64,000 bases of DNA from the human T2T-CHM13v2.0 reference genome, Homo sapiens. The DNA lies in assembly GCF_009914755.1 (NCBI RefSeq), contig NC_060935.1. The stretch is one strand, 5' to 3'. The position numbers and the translations under genes are program-made. Positions within the stretch are counted from its first letter, which is position 1; every line of letters begins with the position of its first letter. Shown one piece after another: positions 58,091-64,000 of the stretch. Under the pieces are notes generated by a model. It ran no database searches and was not told the origin of the DNA. It saw only the letters and a program-made list of their open reading frames with translations.

Positions 58091-59344
58091 GGCCACTAGG
58101 TTTGTTGACCATAAGCATGGATGCTGTTCATTCATTCAACATTCAACATTCCTATCCAGTGCCTGCTTTATGTCATCTGCAGAGCACGACACTGGAAACA
58201 GAGCCCTGAACAAAACTGCCGTTAAGTCCCAGCTCTCACAAAGCTCACAGCGTATGCTTTCAGGATGTCACTGGTTGGGTTCTCTGGGAAGACGACACTG
58301 AAGTAGAGTCATAAGGGAAAAGTTTCATAAAGGTATGAGAACTGTGTGAGGAAAAGGGTAAAAAACATACTATAAAACAAATGGAAAACATCAGATTAAG
58401 TCTTGAGAGGCAGACTAGAACTCTTCAGAAAGAAGCAACTCTTGCCAATAAATGAGATTTTAATAAAACCTTAAAGTGCCTTATGTTGTATTTGATTTGC
58501 TAAACACTTGGATTTCTTAGAGACGCTGCACTTACTTTTATAGCCAATTGTTCTCCTTTCAGTTAACGGTAAGGTCAAAAGAACCACTACTTCAGATTTT
58601 GGGGAAAAAAAAAAGCCAATGTAAAAGATTCTCAGTTCAAACAGAACTTAGTGCAGGTTGGTGAGAAGAAATATCAACTCTTTCCAAATCAAAAGAGAAA
58701 TACAATATTCCCAGTCACTTCAGGAAGGATCAGAATTTGTAAGTAATATTTGTGTAATGGAATTCATTTTATTGTGGTCTTGTTCTACCCAAATGCAGAG
58801 GCTGGAAGTGGAATGAAAATTCTCTTCGAAACCACTACTGGTCAAGAACACTATCCTGTGTTTCCAGACCTTAGGAATTTCCTGGGAAGCTTAGAGAAAG
58901 GTACCCAGACAGCACCGGGGTACTAAACAAATCTCATGGCACAGGTAAGCAGTATTTCTGCTGGGAGGTCCTCACACATGGAGAGGCAAGTGGTAATGGT
59001 TTGTTCTGTCCGATGGTGCTGAGAACAGCCAACATGTACCCTTGACAGAGGTTATGTGCAGAAATGCCTATGTAAATAGCCACAATAGGACTACGAGCCT
59101 TATTCTGTGGCAGTTATGACTGATATGTGCTTTGCAGTCTCTTGATGATAATTCTGCTTCTGTCCTCATACCATGTCCCCTTCCCCAATGCTCCTTCTTC
59201 TTAGGCCCCTATGACTTCTTTCATGCTAACTTTCTATTCAGATCTACCTGCTCGACTCCACTTTCTGCTCAGGAATTTCCTCTAGTCTCCCCCAGGAGTA
59301 GGCCTAGTCTGAGACTTACCATAAAAGAAAGAGCTAAGATCATA

Positions 59345-59627
59345 CGGTATAAACTTTCAGTTATTAGATGAATAAGTTCTGGGGATGTAATGGACAACAT
59401 AGAGACTGTAGTTGTTAATACTGTATTGTATACTTTATATTTGCTAAGAGAGTAGATCTTCAGTGTTTGTACCACAAAGAAAAAAATGGTAACTATGTGA
59501 GGTGACGGATATGTTAATTAACTTGATTGTGGTCACCATTTTACCATGTATATATATCAAATTATCATGTTGTACATCTTAAATATATATAATTTTTACT
59601 GTCAGTTATACCTCATTAAAGCTGGGT
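59345..59627 (+). mobile_element. L1MA9-like 3' end
   Basis: 'ggtataaactttcagttattagatgaataagttctgggg...tatacctcattaaagctgg'; AGAGCTAA on both flanks. Confidence 0.88.
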
Positions 59628-61297
59628 AGGGGGGAAGAGAGCTAAACTAATGAGTTTGGCCCACTGTTCATCAGCATTTGGCTTTACCAAGAAGAATTTT
59701 GGGTGTTACCTATCTGCATGTAAATAGTTTCACTCAGATTGGTCTCCTATTCAAATGTCCCATGGGCTCATTCTTTTGCTAATAGGTGGTGGGGAAAGTA
59801 AGCAGTGTAAGTTATAACCTAAAAGAGCTACTTCACTATAAACTTTGTAAATGATTGAGACACAAACATAAATGTCTTATGCACAGCCATGCTAAAATTG
59901 GGAAAGAGGTATTCTTCCCACTTCTCCATGAAGAAATGCAGCTCAATTTCAGTCATTGACTGAGGACCATAGTGAGATTGGTTGGGTGCCTCCAGGACTC
60001 TCACATATAAGGGGTACCTGTACTCAGTAGTGAGTGCCAGTTATACCCAGCATATCCAGGAACAGAGAACTGGAGCATATGGGGAGAGGAAAAAGACCTG
60101 AATAGAGGTAATGAGGCAGCTGACCAAAAGAATTTTGCAACAAAACAATGGTGGGGCCTTTTTTGGGAGACAGGCTGATGACAGGTGAGGGCAAAGGTGA
60201 AACACAGACTGCGGACAGGTGAATAGGAGAGACAAGCAAAAGATAATGTAATGAATCTTAAAATTGCGGATGTACTGAGACAATAACCAATAAACAGAAC
60301 GCAAGTAGACATGTAATCACAGGGTTAATCTGGCCAAAATGGCCATATTGAGGGGTGATGCGGGATTAAGAAAATAATAAGTCTGAGTTTGATTGCTTGT
60401 GCTTGGCTACTGTTAAGATATATCTTTTGCAGAATGAACTTGCCAAAAATAAGATGAAACAACATAAAATTTAGTTTTCTGGCATGTACTGCCAACAGGA
60501 AGAAATAGAGGTGCTTTTAGGATGCTATCCTGATAACTTATGTTCCTGCCTGAGCTTGGGCAGTGAAAACTCAAAGGCAACAGCTTTGCCCATGCATATG
60601 TACCTATTATAGAAGTGAAGCACAGGACATTGGAAGGCCAGGAGGCAACCTCAATTCTCCAGGAAATGCGCATTCACTGCAAAACAACTATTATGGGATG
60701 TAGTATGTTCAAAGGGCAAGGATGTCTGCATGCGTCATAGGAAGCTGAGTGTTTGGGATTTAAATGTGGACTTTGACTTGAGGTCTGATGATTCTACTTC
60801 CTGACTGTAAAAAGGGACAAGTGTTCATCATTGTATCCATGAGATATGTGGTTAAAATTCTCTTTATTGACTGTAAGCTTGTCATCTATTTGAAAGATTG
60901 CCTGGGGCTCCTAAAGTTAAAAATATTACTCTTAGTACTTTTGATTTTTGTGGCTCTTGAAGAGGTAGTGAAAATAAATGCTTAGAAGCCTCTTTTCATT
61001 AAAAACAAATAAAAAAATGGTAGAAGGAGAGAGGAAAGATTGCAACTACAAAAAAGAAAGAAGCTGTTAATCTAACCTCTTGTGATGGTTAACAGTGTTT
61101 TGCTTATGTATCACATATTTTGAGAGCACATAAGGATACTAGAAAATAGCAGAAGGCTATCTAGTAGCCAGTGAATTCTTGGAAAGCAGGAGGTGCAGAG
61201 ATGATAGAATAAGCAACAAGAAGACAAGTAGAGGAGTGATCTCATCATGGGTACCAGGAAGATGGCTTCAGTGGTTTTAACAAGGAAAAACAACATG

Positions 61298-61475
61298 ACG
61301 GGCATGGTGGCACATGCCTTTAGTTCCAGCTACTCAGGAGGCCGAGATGGGAGAATTGGATTGCTTGTGCCCAGGAGTTCAAGGCTGCAGTGAACTATGA
61401 TTGCGTCACTGCACTCAAGCCCGGGCAACAGAGTGAGATCTTATCTCTTAAACAAACAAACAAATAAACAAACAA
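61298..61475 (+). mobile_element. FRAM / AluJ monomer with (AAAC)n tail
   Basis: Single monomer, 'cccaggagttcaaggctgcagtga'. Confidence 0.88.
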
Positions 61476-61944
61476 TCCTACGCTGAAAAGCCTCTTTTCT
61501 TTTCTGGTACTCCCAAGTAAGTTAACTCACGCAAAGCCAGGAACATCACAGCACGGTTGTAGAGTCGGAGAAATAATTAGGGGAGGGTATACATCAACTT
61601 TCCATATCATCCTCTGTGTTAATCATAAAATGTGTGGTTTTTGTTGATACATGCTGATCTTCCTCTGTCCCTGTAGTACCTGATATATGTGTTGTATGAG
61701 AATGCTGCCTAATTTATGCGCTACACATACACTACTAAAACACCCAAAGCGAGATTATTTATAAAATATGCTCTCAACAACTTTCAAAGTCATACAATAT
61801 GAGATAAAAGTTGCAAGCACAATTAAAATAGTCCCTCTCTGCACTTTGGAAATTTGTGACAAGGAGCTAATATTTTACCCAAATTACTAGGTAAAATAAA
61901 CTTTATTCAATATGTACATATGTAACCAAACGTATCAGTGGGAT

Positions 61945-62355
61945 TATACAGGATTAGTTCTCTGGGAAGCAGATTCTGAGAAGCAGTTTAGCTTGCAAGA
62001 TGTTTATTAAGGAGTGTCCATGGAGTCCACATCTGTTGAAGGAAGGGGAAGGAAGCAGGAAGCAGCAGGGAGAAGTTGATGGGCAAAGTAATCTCAATAG
62101 CAGCCTCCACCAACCCTATGGGGAGCTCTGAAGCTATCAGAGCCCTTCATTGTTGTCCAGACTCGGGCCAACTTGGCCAGGCCTTCTATATGGAGCGGTC
62201 ATTTTATCCAGGCAACCCTCTGGAGGGTGTGTGGTTGGTTATGGCCGCTCTGTAGCTGGGGCAGTCTCTGAAGGGGCTGACAACATTCTCACCTCTTAGA
62301 GCACCAAGTCCTTCATTGTTGGAGGATCTGGGAAGCACATCAAGTGTCCACCCCC
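61945..62355 (-). mobile_element. ERVL LTR (LTR16-like)
   Basis: 'gttctctgggaagcagattctgaga...tgtttattaaggagtg...aagtccttca...ggatctggg'; a related fragment starts at about 58266. Confidence 0.65.
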
Positions 62356-62574
62356 TGGGATGTCTGTGTGTCCAGGACTACACCAGATAATATGGAGAAG
62401 ATAGATAAGTAATGTATCTAAGATACAGTTATCTCTCTCAAGTGAAAGAGAAAGAGAAACCATGTGTCACACACATTCAAAGTAGAGCATATTTAATAGC
62501 ATCAATTCTGACAATTGCAAGTTGTGTGAGCTTAACTCTTGTATGGCTCCAATTTTTGTTTGAAAGTTATAGAT

Positions 62575-63065
62575 AACACCTTTACTAAATTTATTTATCA
62601 ATTCTAATAGTTTCTAATAGTTTTTTGGTGGAGTCCAACTATAAGATTGTATTATCTGCCAACAAGGATAATTTGACTTCCCGCTTTCCAATTTTGATGC
62701 TCTTTCTTTCTTTCTTTTTACTGATTCCTTAGCTAGGACTTTCAGAACTATGTTTGATAACAGTGGTGAAAGTGAACATCCTTGTCATGTTCCAGATCTC
62801 AGAGAAAAGGCTTTCAGGCTTTCCCCATTCAGAATGCAACTAGCTAAGGTTCTGCTGTATATGGCTTTTATTATATTGAGGTATGTCCCTTCTATAGCCA
62901 GTTTTTTGTTAAAGATACATCAAAATATAAAAAAGAAAACTACAGACCAGTATGTCTGATAAATATTGATGCAAAATTCTTCAGTAAAATACTAGCAAAT
63001 TGAATTCAACAACACATAAAAGAGATAATTCATCATGACCAAGTGGGATTTATCCCAGAAATAGA
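62575..63065. mobile_element. Internal L1 ORF2 fragment with inversion (antisense to about 62910, sense after)
   Basis: Antisense 'catccttgtcatgttccagatct'; sense 'aactacagaccagta...gaccaagtgggatttatcccag'. Confidence 0.85.
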
Positions 63066-63069
63066 AACT

Positions 63070-63998
<929 letters not shown>

Positions 63999-64000
63999 AC

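Overview
AT-rich, CpG-depleted primate genomic DNA. AluY elements and an L1PA2-type 3' end point to a hominid, most likely human. The window looks intergenic or deep-intronic. I find no protein-coding gene, RNA gene, CpG island or CRISPR-like array. Every ORF in the track is an Alu/LTR/microsatellite read-through, a broken L1 ORF2 fragment, or a short ORF with no recognisable product. Most of the window is interspersed repeat: about 18 Alu/FRAM elements, L1s from L1PA2 to L1ME age, L2, MIR, hAT MITEs, and many solo LTRs (THE1, MST, MLT1, MLT2, MER4, MER34-like, MER41, MER50, LTR16-like), often nested and with readable target-site duplications (TSDs). I cannot support a new biological system here. 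The points most worth checking are: (i) a MER41B-type LTR that keeps both tandem GAS sites; (ii) a non-repeat SOX/POU/RFX/E-box motif cluster at about 10.6 kb; (iii) a TSD-bounded L1PA15/16 that lacks ORF1 and the RT core; (iv) several fold-back or templated-insertion scars; (v) an inverted pair of truncated AluYs; (vi) a 44-bp x3 minisatellite. Subfamily names come from my recall of consensus sequences, not from a database search. Boundaries of old repeats are approximate.
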